Assembly (NCBI GenBank): GCA_002269645.1
Contig: NIVC01001915.1
Coordinates: 62,001-126,000, forward strand
DNA from: Macrostomum lignano
Lineage: Eukaryota
Direction of reading: 5' to 3'
Length of the DNA: 64,000 nucleotides
Shown piece by piece: positions 36,814 through 51,197 of the stretch. The notes beneath the pieces were generated by a model. It did not search any database and was not told the DNA's origin. It worked only from the letters and a program-made list of their open reading frames with translations. Positions within the stretch are counted from its first letter, which is position 1. Each line of letters starts with the position of its first letter. The position numbers and the translations under genes are program-made.

Positions 36814-37319
36814 CTATAAGTAGAGTCTGCAGCAGCAGCGCTATCTCTATAGGATGAAGTTAAAGCCTGAAGTGCTTCTTCCATGCTTGTCGGACTCAGT
36901 CAATGTTGTAAAGAAATTCTGCGATCGAAGCGTCATCGAAAAGTGTTTATAAGGCGACAACAATATTGCCAGTGCCCAGCTATCTGGCACACTTAAATCA
37001 ATACCGCTCACAAATCATTTGCCACTATGAAATGCAGTAAGTGCAGTTAATATTTGTTCAGAGCCGCTAGCTGGACTGAGTGACTCATTCATGTATCGGG
37101 CTCGGGTTGTACGGTCATAGCTATAAGAGTTCGCTTGACATTTTGATTGTATTTGAAAACAGTTTGGCATGAATTGGCCAGTTGGTTTTGCACGACAGCT
37201 GCGCGACTGTTGAGGCTCCAGCTGCTAATGTGGTTGATGCAATTCACTTCGTTGACGATTCACAGTGCAGGGCAAGGAGAGACATGGATAGATACAGGTA
37301 GAGGGACTGGTAAACATAT

Positions 37320-38362
37320 TGAGACAGAGACAGATAAAGACAGGAAGAGGCAGAGAGTCAGAGACAAAGAGACAGACAGAAAGACAGAAAGAGACAGGCA
37401 GAGACAGACAGAGACAGACAGAGACAGACAGAGACAGACAGAGACAGACAGAGACAGACAGAGACAGACAGAGACAGACAGAGACAGACAGAGACAGGCA
37501 GAGAGACAGAGACAGGCAGAGAGACAGAGACAGACAGAGAGACAGAGACAGACAGAGAGACAGAGACAGACAGAGAGACAGAGACAGGCAGAGAGACAGA
37601 GACAGGCAGAGAGACAGAGACAGGCAGCTAGACAGAGACAGGCAGAGACAGGCAGAGAGACAGAGACAGGCAGAGAGACAGAGACAGGCAGAGACAGGCA
37701 GAGAGACAGAGACAGGCAGAGAGACAGAGACAGGCAGAGACAGGCAGAGAGACAGAGACAGTCAGAGAGACAGAGACAGGCAGAGACAGGCAGAGAGACA
37801 GAGACAGGCAGAGAGACAGAGACAGGCAGAGACAGGCAGAGAGACAGAGACAGGCAGAGAGACAGAGACAGGCAGAGACAGGCAGAGAGACAGAGACAGG
37901 CAGAGAGACAGAGACAGGCAGCTAGACAGAGACAGGCAGAGACAGGCAGAGAGACAGAGACAGGCAGAGAGACAGAGACAGGCAGAGACAGGCAGAGAGA
38001 CAGAGACAGGCAGAGAGACAGAGACAGGCAGAGACAGGCAGAGAGACAGAGACAGGCAGAGAGACAGAGACAGGCAGAGAGACAGAGACAGGCAGAGAGA
38101 CAGAGACAGGCAGAGAGACAGAGACAGGCAGAGAGACAGAGACAGGCAGAGAGACAGAGACAGGCAGAGAGACAGAGACAGGCAGAGACAGGCAGAGAGA
38201 CAGAGACAGGCAGAGAGACAGAGACAGGCAGAGACAGGCAGAGAGACAGAGACAGGCAGAGACAGGCAGAGAGACAGAGACAGGCAGAGAGACAGAGACA
38301 GGCAGAGACAGGCAGAGAGACAGAGACAGGCAGAGAGACAGAGACAGGCAGAGAGACAGAAA
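37320..38362. repeat. Compound AG-rich microsatellite (GACA/GAGA/GGCA)
   Basis: About 1 kb; source of the spurious ORFs at 37147-38550. Confidence 0.97.
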
Positions 38363-38719
38363 CAATCAGAGGATGCGTGAACAGAAAAGCCACAGATCAG
38401 CACAAAGCAGTTCAGTGCACAGATGTGCATTCCAGAATTCATTCACATCTCTATAATTCTCATGTTTCCAACACGAAACTACGCAGCCCAAAGTCTGCCA
38501 GCCTTGCCCAGCAAAATGCCAAACGGACTGTCTGTCAGTCCAGTGCTTAGCCCCAGTTCCGGCTCGGCACGAATGACATTTGCGAGTGCATTCGAACCCT
38601 GGAATGGCGCAGCAAAGGCGGGCTGGAATGCAGCCTCGTTGGTTTGGCGATTCGTACAATGTACTTTTAGGTTTGCCAAGCTTGCAAACCGGCATTTAGA
38701 TGATCCAGCTGGCTATTCA

Positions 38720-39248
38720 GTCCCTTCTGATTCTTCAGTGGGTATTGTTATATACCCGTGTCAAATCCTTCAGTGGGCATTGCTATATACCCGTTTCAGA
38801 TTATTCAGTGGGTATTGCTACGAATATATACCCGTTTCAGATTATTCAGTGGGTATTGCTACAAATATATACCCGTGTCAGATCCTTCAGTGGGTATTGC
38901 TATATACCCGTGTCAATATTATTCAGTGGGTATTGCTACGAATATATACCCGTTTCAGATAATTCAGTGGGTATTGCTACGAGTATATACCCGTTTCAGA
39001 TAATTCAGTGGGTATTGCTACGAATATATACCCGTTTCAGATAATTCAGTGGGTATTGCTACGAATATATACCCATGTCAGATAATTCAGTGGGTATTGC
39101 TACGAATATATACCCATGTCAGATCCTTCAGTGGGTATTGCTATATACCCGCGTCAGATTATTCAGTGGGTATTGCTACGAATATATAACCGTGTCAGAT
39201 TATTCAGTAAGTATTGCTACGAAAATATACTCCTGTCAGATCCTTCAG
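38720..39248. repeat. ~35-41-bp minisatellite with GGGTAT...ATACCC inverted core
   Basis: TTCAGTGGGTATTGCTACGAATATATACCCGTTTCAGATAA-like, about 13 copies. Confidence 0.93.
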
Positions 39249-39834
39249 GAGGTATAAAATAAATTTCGATACGCACTGGCTGAAAATAGTTGCCGAAAGG
39301 TTTTGGTGACAAAAGGTTGGCAATATAAATCTACAGGGCGAACTGCATCGGAACACAGGGGGGGGGGGTAGGGGTAAGTGAGGGAAAAGTGAAAAGTCAT
39401 AAAACCCTGCTCGTTCCCGTACGCTCGTATAATTTTACAATGCGCAGCCAATTCATCCGACTTGAACTGAGCCAGCAGCAGCTTCTCACGGAGCGCATGT
39501 AGTTTTGGCCAGATTAGTTAACTGGCAACGGGGAGGGCCTGGTTCGGGAGTAAGTCGGCTTTAGATGAGTCACAACCCTCGGCTGGGGTTCCTTTGAAGG
39601 CTGCCGCCATTAGCCCTTTGCTATGGGATTAGCTCCCTAACCCCACAGCCCCCCCCCCCTACAACCCACCCGATATGCCCTGTCAAAGCTCCGACAAGCG
39701 GTTGATTATTTCAGAGTCAGCGCCAAATCTAATCATAAATTGCGCCTACAATAGATTCAGAGTGGCCCCAAAGCAAGAGTCAGATGGCGCCGAAACTACA
39801 TGTAAAGTCAAAATCGATAGTCAAATAGTGCCAA

Positions 39835-40252
39835 ATCTAGAGTCGAAATGGCGCTAAAACTAGAGTCAAATGGCGTCAGAACTAGGTTCAATTGGCGCCA
39901 AATCTAGAGTCGAATGGCGCCAAATTTAGAGTCAAGTAGCGCCTGAAATAGAGTCGAATTTCACCAGAACTAGATTCAAATGGCACCAAATCTAGAGTCA
40001 AAGCTACAGTTGAATGGCCCCAAAGTAAGAGTCAAATGGCGCCAGAATTAGAGTCGAATGGCGCCAGAACTAGAGTCAAATGGCGCCAGAATTAGAGTCG
40101 AATGGCGCCAGAACTAGAGTCAAATGGCGCCAGAATTAGAGTCAAATGGCGCCAGAACTAGAGTCAAATGGCGCCAGAATTAGAGTCAAATGGCGCCAGA
40201 ACTAGAGTCAAATGGCTCCAGAACTAGAGTCGAATGGCGCCAGAACTAGATT
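39835..40252. repeat. ~22-bp minisatellite TAGAGTCAAATGGCGCCAGAAC
   Basis: Degenerate on the left, homogeneous on the right. Confidence 0.92.
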
Positions 40253-40734
40253 TTAGAGTCTTACTGAGCCTCTGCTGGGCACCCTGAGCGCACGCTCCCC
40301 TTACAAAAACAGCGTATTTAAGATCAAGCACTCTCAATTGAGTATTACAGTGTTGCATATGCAGCTCCATTGTTTGATCTGCATTGCATTGTGCTTCTGC
40401 GCTTTCATTCACCCATTCATTCAGTTCCTACAGCTGCTATAGCGGGCCAGCTTACCTGGAGCATATTGGAGCAGCCACCCCACCAGCCAGTGGCAAGCTC
40501 AGCTGACTCATGCAGCCCTGCACTGCTGCCGCTGCATGCACTGCAGGTTCCCGAGCAGTGGAAAATGCCAAAAAACTGCATTGGCAGGGAGTGTTTGAGC
40601 TGTAACTAGCTTTGGCTTGTAGTTTCCATTGAGCATGAGGCTGCCAAGCCACCCCCCATTCAGGGTTTTTAGTTGCTGAGTGAGTCATCGGCCATCGCCA
40701 GGCTCAGATCCCCGCGCAATACAATTTGATGCTG

Positions 40735-41160
40735 CTGACTGCTCACTGACTGCTCACTGACTGCTCACTGACTGCTCACTGACTGCTCACTAGCTGCTCA
40801 CTGGCTGCTCACTGACTGCTCACTGACTGCTCATAGCCTGCTCACTGACTGCTCACTGACTGTTCACTGACTGCTCACTGACTGCTCACTGACTGCTCAC
40901 TGACTGCTCACTGGCTGCTCACTGGCTGCTCACTGGCTGCTCACTGATTGCTCACTGACTGCTCACTAGCTGCTCACTGGCTGCTCACTGACTGCTCACT
41001 GACTGCTCATAGCCTGCTCACTGACTGCTCACTGACTGTTCACTGACTGCTCACTGACTGCTCACTGACTGCTCACTGACTGCTCACTGGCTGCTCACTG
41101 GCTGCTCACTGGCTGCTCACTGATTGCTCACTGATTGCTCACTGATTGCTCACTGCCTGC
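40735..41160. repeat. 11-bp minisatellite ACTGACTGCTC
   Basis: About 38 copies. Confidence 0.95.
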
Positions 41161-41163
41161 TAT

Positions 41164-42903
<1,740 letters not shown>

Positions 42904-43935
42904 AGCTGCTCTCTGTTATCTCCGTACGGCAGCTGCTTGAGTCATTCAGTCTGGGCTTTTCAAATTCCAGCAACGTTCTTCGTAAACTGGTCTCGTGTTT
43001 CCATTTTTGTTGACAATTTTCTGACTCGCCCTGTATAGGCGCTAGCAGATCCTGCGGCACTGAATTTAATTAGTCCTCTAGGCCTGAAGCAGACATGCTG
43101 CAGACACCGGGGCCGGAAGTTGATCAGGCTTATGCGGCTGTCTGTCATTCAGAGATGCGAGCTTCAGCAAACAGGCCACACTTACTTTCTCCAGGTGGCT
43201 CATTAGCATAATCTACCTGTGAAAGCCGCCATTCATTGGTATTAGTTGACTCATGCATAACCTTTGCTGGATTTTATGCTGAAATTCAAATATTTCTCTT
43301 AGCAATCTCTGCCCTGCAAGCAACAAATATTCCTGTTCTGCTACTTACAGTAGTAGACACTGTGTTAATACTATTTTTCACGAACTAAACCGCATTGAAA
43401 TAATAAATTTATTCTTTCAGCTCTGCCAACATGCAAAGAAAGACTGAGAAACTCAAGCCAAGATGCTCCATTGTTCGTGATTGTGTTTACTCTGAGCAAT
43501 AAAAATTTAACCCCAAATTCAAGCTCAGCTGTTGCCAAATTTATGCGAGTCTCGAGACAAATATTTACAGAAACAAGAATCTCTGCGGTGTTTAAATGCA
43601 CTGCAGCCTGCAGGATCCAAAGATGTTTTTACAAACTTCTATAGCACTGCCGGGCAGAGGCTTGTGTATAAACTGTGGGAAGACATTAAAAAAATATTGA
43701 GCTTCGAGTAAATAAATATTCATAAATTAGCCGAAATCTAACAAAAACAATAACAAAAATTTGAGCAGTAAAGGAGATTGTTCATGGAAAATAATACACA
43801 GTAAAGGTATGTCTGACTTTAGAAGACCTAACACAATCAAGGACGGCGAGCTTTGTTGTTTAAAAATGGTTTTCAAGGCTTGGATATAAGCTAAAAATAC
43901 ACTGCGGAGATAGGAACTGTAATTTCCTTCAATTG

Positions 43936-44068
43936 GAATAACAATAATAGTTGTTATTGGGCCAGATTCGGCAGATGTGCAACCGACAGCTCAGCCGCAG
44001 CTATTGCGCGGCGCTTCTGAAGGCTGCGTACGGCTGTTCAGTCCAAGGACTGGGGGGTCGCCACACAC
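43936..44068 (-). mobile_element. 5'-truncated copy of the SINE at 59702
   Basis: Reverse complement matches about 59835-59965 (GTGTGTGGCGACCCCCC...AACAGCCGTACGCAGCC...GCTGTCGGTTGCACATCTG) and includes the CAACTATTATT tail. Confidence 0.85.
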
Positions 44069-44292
44069 CATCTTTTAATTCGACATGACTGTGTTTTCTG
44101 CTCCATTGATTTTTTCTGAAACTTTTAGTGCTGAACACGAATACAGGAGATCCCACAGTGTACTTTTAATTTTTTTAATTTACCGAAGCCTTACGTCCTT
44201 CTAACTAAGCAACTGCTGAAGCAGAAAAAAAGCAGCCTAGCCCGGAATCGAGTCCGGGACCGCAACTGGCAGAGAGAGAGAGAGAGAGAGGC

Positions 44293-47200
44293 TCATTGTT
44301 GAACCAGCCGGCTGCCAGAATGCTGCTGCCTCTCCAGCAGGTGCTCCAGGCCGCTGTCCATCAGACGGGCCACCAGACGGTCGATGAACTGAGTCAGGTC
44401 TCGGACTCGCTCCTGGCGGTCAGCGGACAGCGCGGAGGATTTCGCCTCGGCCTCGGTTACTCGAAGCTCGGCGGCGGTGGCAGCAGCTTCGGCCTGGCGC
44501 AGGCGGGCCAGCAGCTGGGCGGAGTCGCGCCTGACGGACTCGAGCTCTGAACGGAGGCCATCGATGCGCAGCTCCAGCAGCTGCCGGGCGGCTTCGGCGG
44601 CTTCTTGGATATGCCATCGGCCTCGGAGGAGGAGCTGCTGCTGCCTGCTGAGATGGCGGAGAGGATTGAGATTTGCGCAGCTATTGTTTTTGTCACTGTT
44701 AGAAGTCGCGGTCGGGATCGAGGTGCCAGATTCGGTGTCAGGAGTCTGATTTTAGTGTCAACAGAAGGGCCGATTTTAGTGTCGGCAGAGGGGCCGATTT
44801 TAGTGTCAGCAGAGGGGCCGATTTTAGTGTCAGCAGAGGGGCCGATTTTAGTTTCAGCAGAGGGGTGGATTTTAGTGTCAGCAGAGGGGCCGATTTTAGT
44901 GTCGGCAGAGGGGCCGATTTTAGTGTCAGCAGAGGGGCCGATTTTAGTGTCAGCAGAGGGGCCGATTTTAGTTTCAGCTGAGGGGTGGATTTTAGTGTCA
45001 GCAGAGGGGCCGATTTTAGTGTCGGCAGAGGGGCCGATTTTAGTGTCAGCAGAGGGGCCGATTTTAGTGTCAGCAGAAGGGCCGATTTTAGTGTCAGCAA
45101 AGGGGCCGATTTTAGTGTCAGCAGAGGGGCCGATTTTAGTGTCAGCAGAAGGGCCGATTTTAGTGTCAGCAGAGGGCCGATTTTAGTGTCAGCAGAGGGG
45201 CCGATTTTAGTGTCAGCAGAGGGGCCGATTTTAGTGTCAGCAGAGGGGCCGATTTTAGTGTCAGCAGAGGGGCCGATTTTAGTGTCAGCAGAGGGGCCGA
45301 TTTTAGTGTCAGCAGAGGGGCCGATTTTAGTGTCAGCAGAGGGGCCGATTTTAGTGTCAGCAGAGGGGCCGATTTTAGTGTCAGCAGAGGGGCCGATTTT
45401 AGTGTCAGCAGAGGGGCCGATTTTAGTGTCAGCAGAGGGGCCGATTTTAGTGTCAGCAGAGGGGCCGATTTTAGTGTCAGCAAAGGGGCCGATTTTAGTG
45501 TCAGCAGAGGGGCCGATTTTAGTGTCAGCAGAGGGGCCGATTTTAGTGTCAGCAGAGGGGCCGATTTTAGTTTCAGCAGAGGGGTGGATTTTAGTGTCAG
45601 CAGAGGGGCCGATTTTAGTTTCAGCTGAGGGGTGGATTTTAGTGTCAGCAGAGGGGCCGATTTTAGTGTCAGCAGAGGGGCCGATTTTAGTGTCAGCAGA
45701 GGGGCCGATTTTAGTTTCAGCAGAGGGGTGGATTTTAGTGTCAGCAGAGGGGCCGATTTTAGTTTCAGCTGAGGGGTGGATTTTAGTGTCAGCAGAGGGG
45801 CCGATTTTAGTGTCGGCAGAGGGGCCGATTTTAGTGTCAGCAGAGGGGCCGATTTTAGTGTCAGCAGAAGGGCCGATTTTAGTGTCAGCAGAGGGGCCGA
45901 TTTTAGTGTCGGCAGAGGGGCCGATTTTAGTGTCAGCAGAGGGGCCGATTTTAGTGTCAGCAGAGGGGCCGATTTTAGTGTCAGCAGAGGGGGCCAATTT
46001 TAGTGTCAGCAGAGGGGCCGATTTTAGTGTCAGCAGAGGGGCCGATTTTAGTGTCAGCAGAGGGGCCGATTTTAGTGTCAGCAGAGGGGCCGATTTTAGT
46101 GTCAGCAGAGGGGCCGATTTTAGTGTCAGCAGAGGGGCCGATTTTAGTTTCAGCAGAGGGGTGGATTTTAGTGTCAGCAGAGGGGCCGATTTTAGTGTCG
46201 GCAGAGGGGCCGATTTTAGTGTCAGCAGAGGGGCCGATTTTAGTGTCAGCAGAGGGGGCCGATTTTAGTGTCAGCAGAAGGGCCGATTTTAGTGTCAGCA
46301 GAGGGGGCCGATTTTAGTGTCAGCAGAGGGGGCCGATTTTAGTGTCAGCAGAGGGGCTGATTTTAGTGTCAGCACAAGGGCCGATTTTAGTGTCAGAAAA
46401 GTCACCGATTTTAGCATCATGGGTGTTCATTTTAGTATCAGTGACAGCGATTTTAGTATCAGGAACATCTGCTCCAGTGTCAGGGGTTGCACTCACTATT
46501 GTACAGGAGCACAAACTCCAGTGTCAGGGGTTGCACTCACTATTGTACAGGAGCACAAACTCCAGTGTCAGGGGTTGCACTCACTATTGTACAGGAGCAC
46601 AAACTCCAGTGTCAGGGGTTGCACTCACTATTGTACAGGAGCACAAACTCCAGTGTCAGGGGTTGCACTCACTATTGTACAGGAGCACAAACTCCAGTGT
46701 CAGGGGTTGCACTCACTATTGTACAGGAGCACAAACTCCAGTGTCAGGGGTTGCACTCACTATTGTACAGGAGCACAAACTCCAGTGTCAGGGGTTGCAC
46801 TCACTATTGCACAGGAGCACAAACTCCAGTGTCAGGGGTTGCACTCACTATTGCACAGGAGCACAAACTCCAGTGTCAGGGGTTGCACTCACTATTGTAC
46901 AGGAGCACAAACTCCAGTGTCAGGGGTTGCACTCACTATTGCACAGGAGCACAAACTCCAGTGTCAGACAGCGTCAAAAATAGCGCCACCTGTGGCTGCG
47001 TGCTGAGGAAAAACCGGCCCAGTCTCTCACCTTCATCGCCGCTGCTGACCACAGCGGCGAGTCGCCCGTTGACCTCGCCGACCCCGGCTACGCCGCCCTT
47101 CGACGGTAGCGGCGACAGCGCATCGTCAACTTCGTCTTCTTCAACGCCTTCATCAATATCTTTGTCATCGTCGGGTGTCTTCGTCGTGTCGTGTCGTCGG

Positions 47201-47977
47201 CCGAGACGGCGCCAAACGAAGCGAACGGCGGGCGCCGATTGTCGACGGCCTTGGGCGCCGCTGCGGGCGCCGCGCGACTCAAGTTTGCGCCGCCGCGTGG
47301 CTGCCACCCAGCAGCGGTAGCGGAGGACGGCGCGGCCGACGCCGTTGGCTCCGGGCAGCGGCAGCAGAGCGGCGTCTGTCGGCAATGCGGCGTCCTCGCT
47401 GCTCGGCACGAGAGACAGCGGCAGCTCCGCCTGGCCCAGGAGGCGACCGCGGCTGAGCAGGCGCAGCGTCAGCGGCTGCTGGGATTCGCCGAGCTCGCTG
47501 GGCGCAATTCAGGTTGCTTAGCTTTAGTTTTTATTTGCTTTTAGATTAGAGAACTGGAAAATGCCAAATTCAATCAGTACTCACATGGCCTCGGTGATCT
47601 CCCACTTGGGGTTGCCCGACGCGTCAGACACTGAGCGGCTAGAAAATTTCAACTTTTCACCTTGATAACACGTGACCTGCCATTTCGCTTTCTTTTTCAC
47701 TGGAAACAATGAAAATAATATTAATAAAACAACAGCACCCAAGGCTAAACACGAATACCTCGTACTCTTCGTATCAGTTAAAACAGCTGACCTTACCTGT
47801 TGTTTCATCAACAGGAACGGGCAAGTTGAGTGCACTGTAAACTGTAAAAAAATTTAAAGAAATAGTTAAAAAAAACAAAAATAAAAGGAAAAATTAAACT
47901 GTCTATGCCTTACTTGTCATAATGATCACGGCCGGCTCAATATTTTCAGTTGATTCTTCGATGTTGGAAGACAGCAT
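44293..47977 (-). CDS. RAB11FIP: Rab11 family-interacting protein, class I (N-terminal C2 domain + C-terminal FIP-RBD)
   Basis: Exons 47977-47914, 47841-47797, 47699-47585 and 47497-46990 give MLSSN...VIIMTIYSALNLP...WQVTCYQGEKLKFSSRSV..GNPKWE...LTLRLLSRGRLLGQAELPL (C2 domain). The last exon, 44745?-44293, gives a coiled coil ending VRDLTQFIDRLVARLMDSGLEHLLE, similar to the FIP RBD (RELEDYIDNLLVRVME). The last junction is uncertain. Confidence 0.72.
44746..46420. repeat. 24-bp intronic minisatellite GATTTTAGTGTCAGCAGAGGGGCC
   Basis: About 68 copies, with occasional 1-bp indels. Confidence 0.98.
46472..46967. repeat. 44-bp intronic minisatellite
   Basis: CTCCAGTGTCAGGGGTTGCACTCACTATTGTACAGGAGCACAAA, about 11 copies. 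Confidence 0.98.
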
Positions 47978-49527
47978 ATCAGCTTTATTTTAACTGGAGT
48001 GCATTTAAATTTTGCTCTCTGTTAGATTTAAACATTCAGAATTGTTTAAATAATATGCAACATTAATTTTTTGATAAATAAATTATTTTTTGAATATGGA
48101 AAAAATTTAAGTAGACAACTTAATGGAGAAAATAATTTAGTACCTCATTGATTATCGTCGAATAAATAAACAAAGCATGATAATTAAAAACTACTTAAAA
48201 TGAAATCCTGCTAATAAAATCTATAAATAGTAAAAAATCAAAGGAAGTTTAATTAAAAAATAACTTTCAAAATTTCAAAAGTTTAGAAAAAGTTGTTAAG
48301 CATCTATATATTATATATATAAGGGTTAGGCCTATAAACTATAACTACCCTATAAATGACTCGAAGTATATGTCACTTAACCACAATCATAATTACTATA
48401 CATACGTTTCTACATAAACATGAATGACTTCAATAACATGTAATTTATTACGCACTGACAACGATAAGCGCATAGTGGGTGAAGTAGCGACATATTTTTC
48501 AAAAATATGTCGCTTTATCTGGTTTTATTAATAAAACCAGAAATAAATAAATTACGAAGACACTTGATCATTATTAAATATATTGTTGCAAAAAATTTGA
48601 TGGGTTTTAATATTTTTCTGACAATGTATCCATAAACTTGGCTTTCAAACTGTTCGGAGATTATTATTAATATATCAAACGTGCGCCCGCCTACTAAAAA
48701 ATTACAGCCCAATGAACATGTTAAAATGAGGAGTAGACTCTTTTTGAAATTTTTAAATTGCAAAAAGAGTCCTAATACTAAAGGTTTACAGAAATTTACT
48801 TATTATTTACTGAATAATATTCATCATACTACAAATGTAGGCCCCAGATTCACAAAGTTTGTTAAACTCAGTGATTGTAAAACCAACGGGCTTCAATCGC
48901 CATATATCATTTAATTGTGTTGCCATATCCCTGACTTCCTAAATTATCGGGGTTTTTCACTGTCTCTACCAAAGAAGAATTGAGTCCCTAATTGAGCAAA
49001 TCTTCCTTGATCTCTACATTTATTTCAGATTTTATGTTCGTGGAATCATTCTTTAAGAATTATTAATATGTTAGAAATGTATAAATTAATTCATATCTGT
49101 ACAGAAATAAATAACAATGTACTCCCGAAAAGATCGGTATTACTAATAGAGTGTAAGAGAAATATACGCAGAGCTGCTTTGTTAATAAAGACTTTATAAT
49201 GCATGCACATGTAGAGCAGATGGGATTACATATTACATGTACAGTATGTATCATTGTAAATTACCATTCAAACGCGTCAACATGTGCATTGATTCATTGT
49301 TCTCGGGATTCTCTATAAATTTAAAATGCTTGAGCGGGATGAATAAGTACATAACAGCTCCCAATACTGCGGTGTGGCATGACCGAAATAAAAAAAATTG
49401 ATCACTGATTTTGAGGACCACTGATTTTAATGCAATTAATAATTACACGTACAAGTAAAATTTAATTCGCCACGTAAACAAGTACGTGACTTGTAGAATA
49501 GCTTGGATTTGAAAATTTGCCTCAATA

Positions 49528-51197
49528 CCCGGCGGTAAAAATCACGTCGAAATGACGTCGATATTCGCCTTTTAAAGACTATCGCCGAATTAGTTGTCGG
49601 TTGAACCTTCATTCGACGTCGAAATTTCGATATGAATTATTTTATCTTCTCATTAGCCAAATATATCATTTATGATATTTTACAATGTTTTCTTCAACGT
49701 GATTGCGATTTTACAAAATTGACCTAAAAATTCAGTACAACAGAGGTTATATTTTTTGTTTTAACTCAGCGCTAGATACGCGCATTTTTTAAAAATATCG
49801 CCATGCGATGTCGATTTATTATTTTTGATGCCTAACTTATATACATAAATGTTTAACTTATACTTCTGTATTACGCATGGCAGCTTCTTCCTTTCAATGC
49901 ATTTTTTATATTTGTGGCTGTATTAATGTGTGATTGTGTGTCATAAATTGTGTGTATAATTTGGTTTAACATAATATTGCTGCCTAGAGTTTTAATCGTT
50001 TATATATGTATAAGCGAATCAATAAAGTAGCCATAAATTTTTTATTGTTTGTTTTGCTGCCATTGCTGTTAATTATCTTTCCAGTCAAGAGGAACAACAA
50101 AGATAATTGTTCATTTTCCTCTTTTATTTGCTTTGCTGTTATTGTTACTTCTCATTTTTTATTTCACATTTTACATTTTTGAGTGTAGTTCTAGTTAGAC
50201 TCAATATCATCTTTTGTCCATTATGTCATGCTTTTGCTAGTTCTTTATCAAGGTCAAAATTGCAGAAAGTAAAGAAGTTGTAGTTTGTGTTTGTAGCATA
50301 TGCTCATAGTTACAGTAAAAACTAAATTGCAATGGCCAAATAATTGCTGAGCTCTAAGCAAAAGAAGAAATAATTAAAATAAAGACTGATAGAATAAATA
50401 TATTTAGTATGTAGTTTTTATAATTGCTTATAAACCCTACCATTCTTTAGTATGATGCTATTAGATGTATGTAGTTTAGTATATCAGAGCAGACCATTTT
50501 TAGTATATATATTTTGAGATTAGAGATTTAGTATAGGTGCATTTATTATATTTAGATGTTGCCATTGATTAAGTGTAACTACTGTATTAAATGTATACTC
50601 TGTTGCCATTGCGTGTATCCGTGTATCATTGCTCACAGTTTTTCATCGTTTTTTTCTCATCGTTGCTTTCTGTTCGCAATTGCTGGATGCCGATTTCCAT
50701 GATCGTTTCCAATTGCTGCTGAATTGGAATTGAATACACGGTACTATACTTTTTTCATGGTTGCAAGATTATTGCAATTTGCGCGGATAGCAAATGAAAC
50801 GTCAGCCCTAATTAGCATTTTTATGCCTTAACACTTCTTTTACTGCTTAGAGTATTTCAGCGTATGAGTTATAAAACTTATGTTCCGTCAGCTGTAAGTT
50901 ACGTACATGTAGTTTATGGCTAATTGTATGAAACATTGCTATAGCATATTAATAATATTAAGTACTAGTATTAACAGCCATAATATTAAAATCGAAAATT
51001 TGTCGAAAATCGCCATTTGCTTTCTGTGATCTACGAGTATAAACGACGTCGATTTTTCGCCATCAATAGTGGAAAACACGACGTCGCATACTCGACATCT
51101 GATGGCGAAAATTTCGACGTCGAAATCGTGGTTCAAATCGACATGAAATTTCGACGTCGCTTTTCGACGTCATTTCGACGTGATTTTTACCGCCGGG
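49528..51197. mobile_element. Non-autonomous DNA transposon with 34-bp perfect TIRs and TA flanks
   Basis: TA|CCCGGCGGTAAAAATCACGTCGAAATGACGTCGA ... TCGACGTCATTTCGACGTGATTTTTACCGCCGGG|TA. Subterminal CGACGTCG palindromes at both ends; AT-rich non-coding interior. Confidence 0.88.

Noticed and set aside
37147-38550. 467-aa RQ/ET-rich ORF
   Set aside because: It is almost entirely an AG-rich compound microsatellite, open in several frames on both strands.
43595-43620. miR-277-like seed TAAATGCAC
   Set aside because: No complementary arm is present to form a precursor.
44738-46268. 400-aa PSADTKIG / GPILVSAE repeat ORFs
   Set aside because: They come from the 24-bp intronic array, which is broken by indels and open on both strands.
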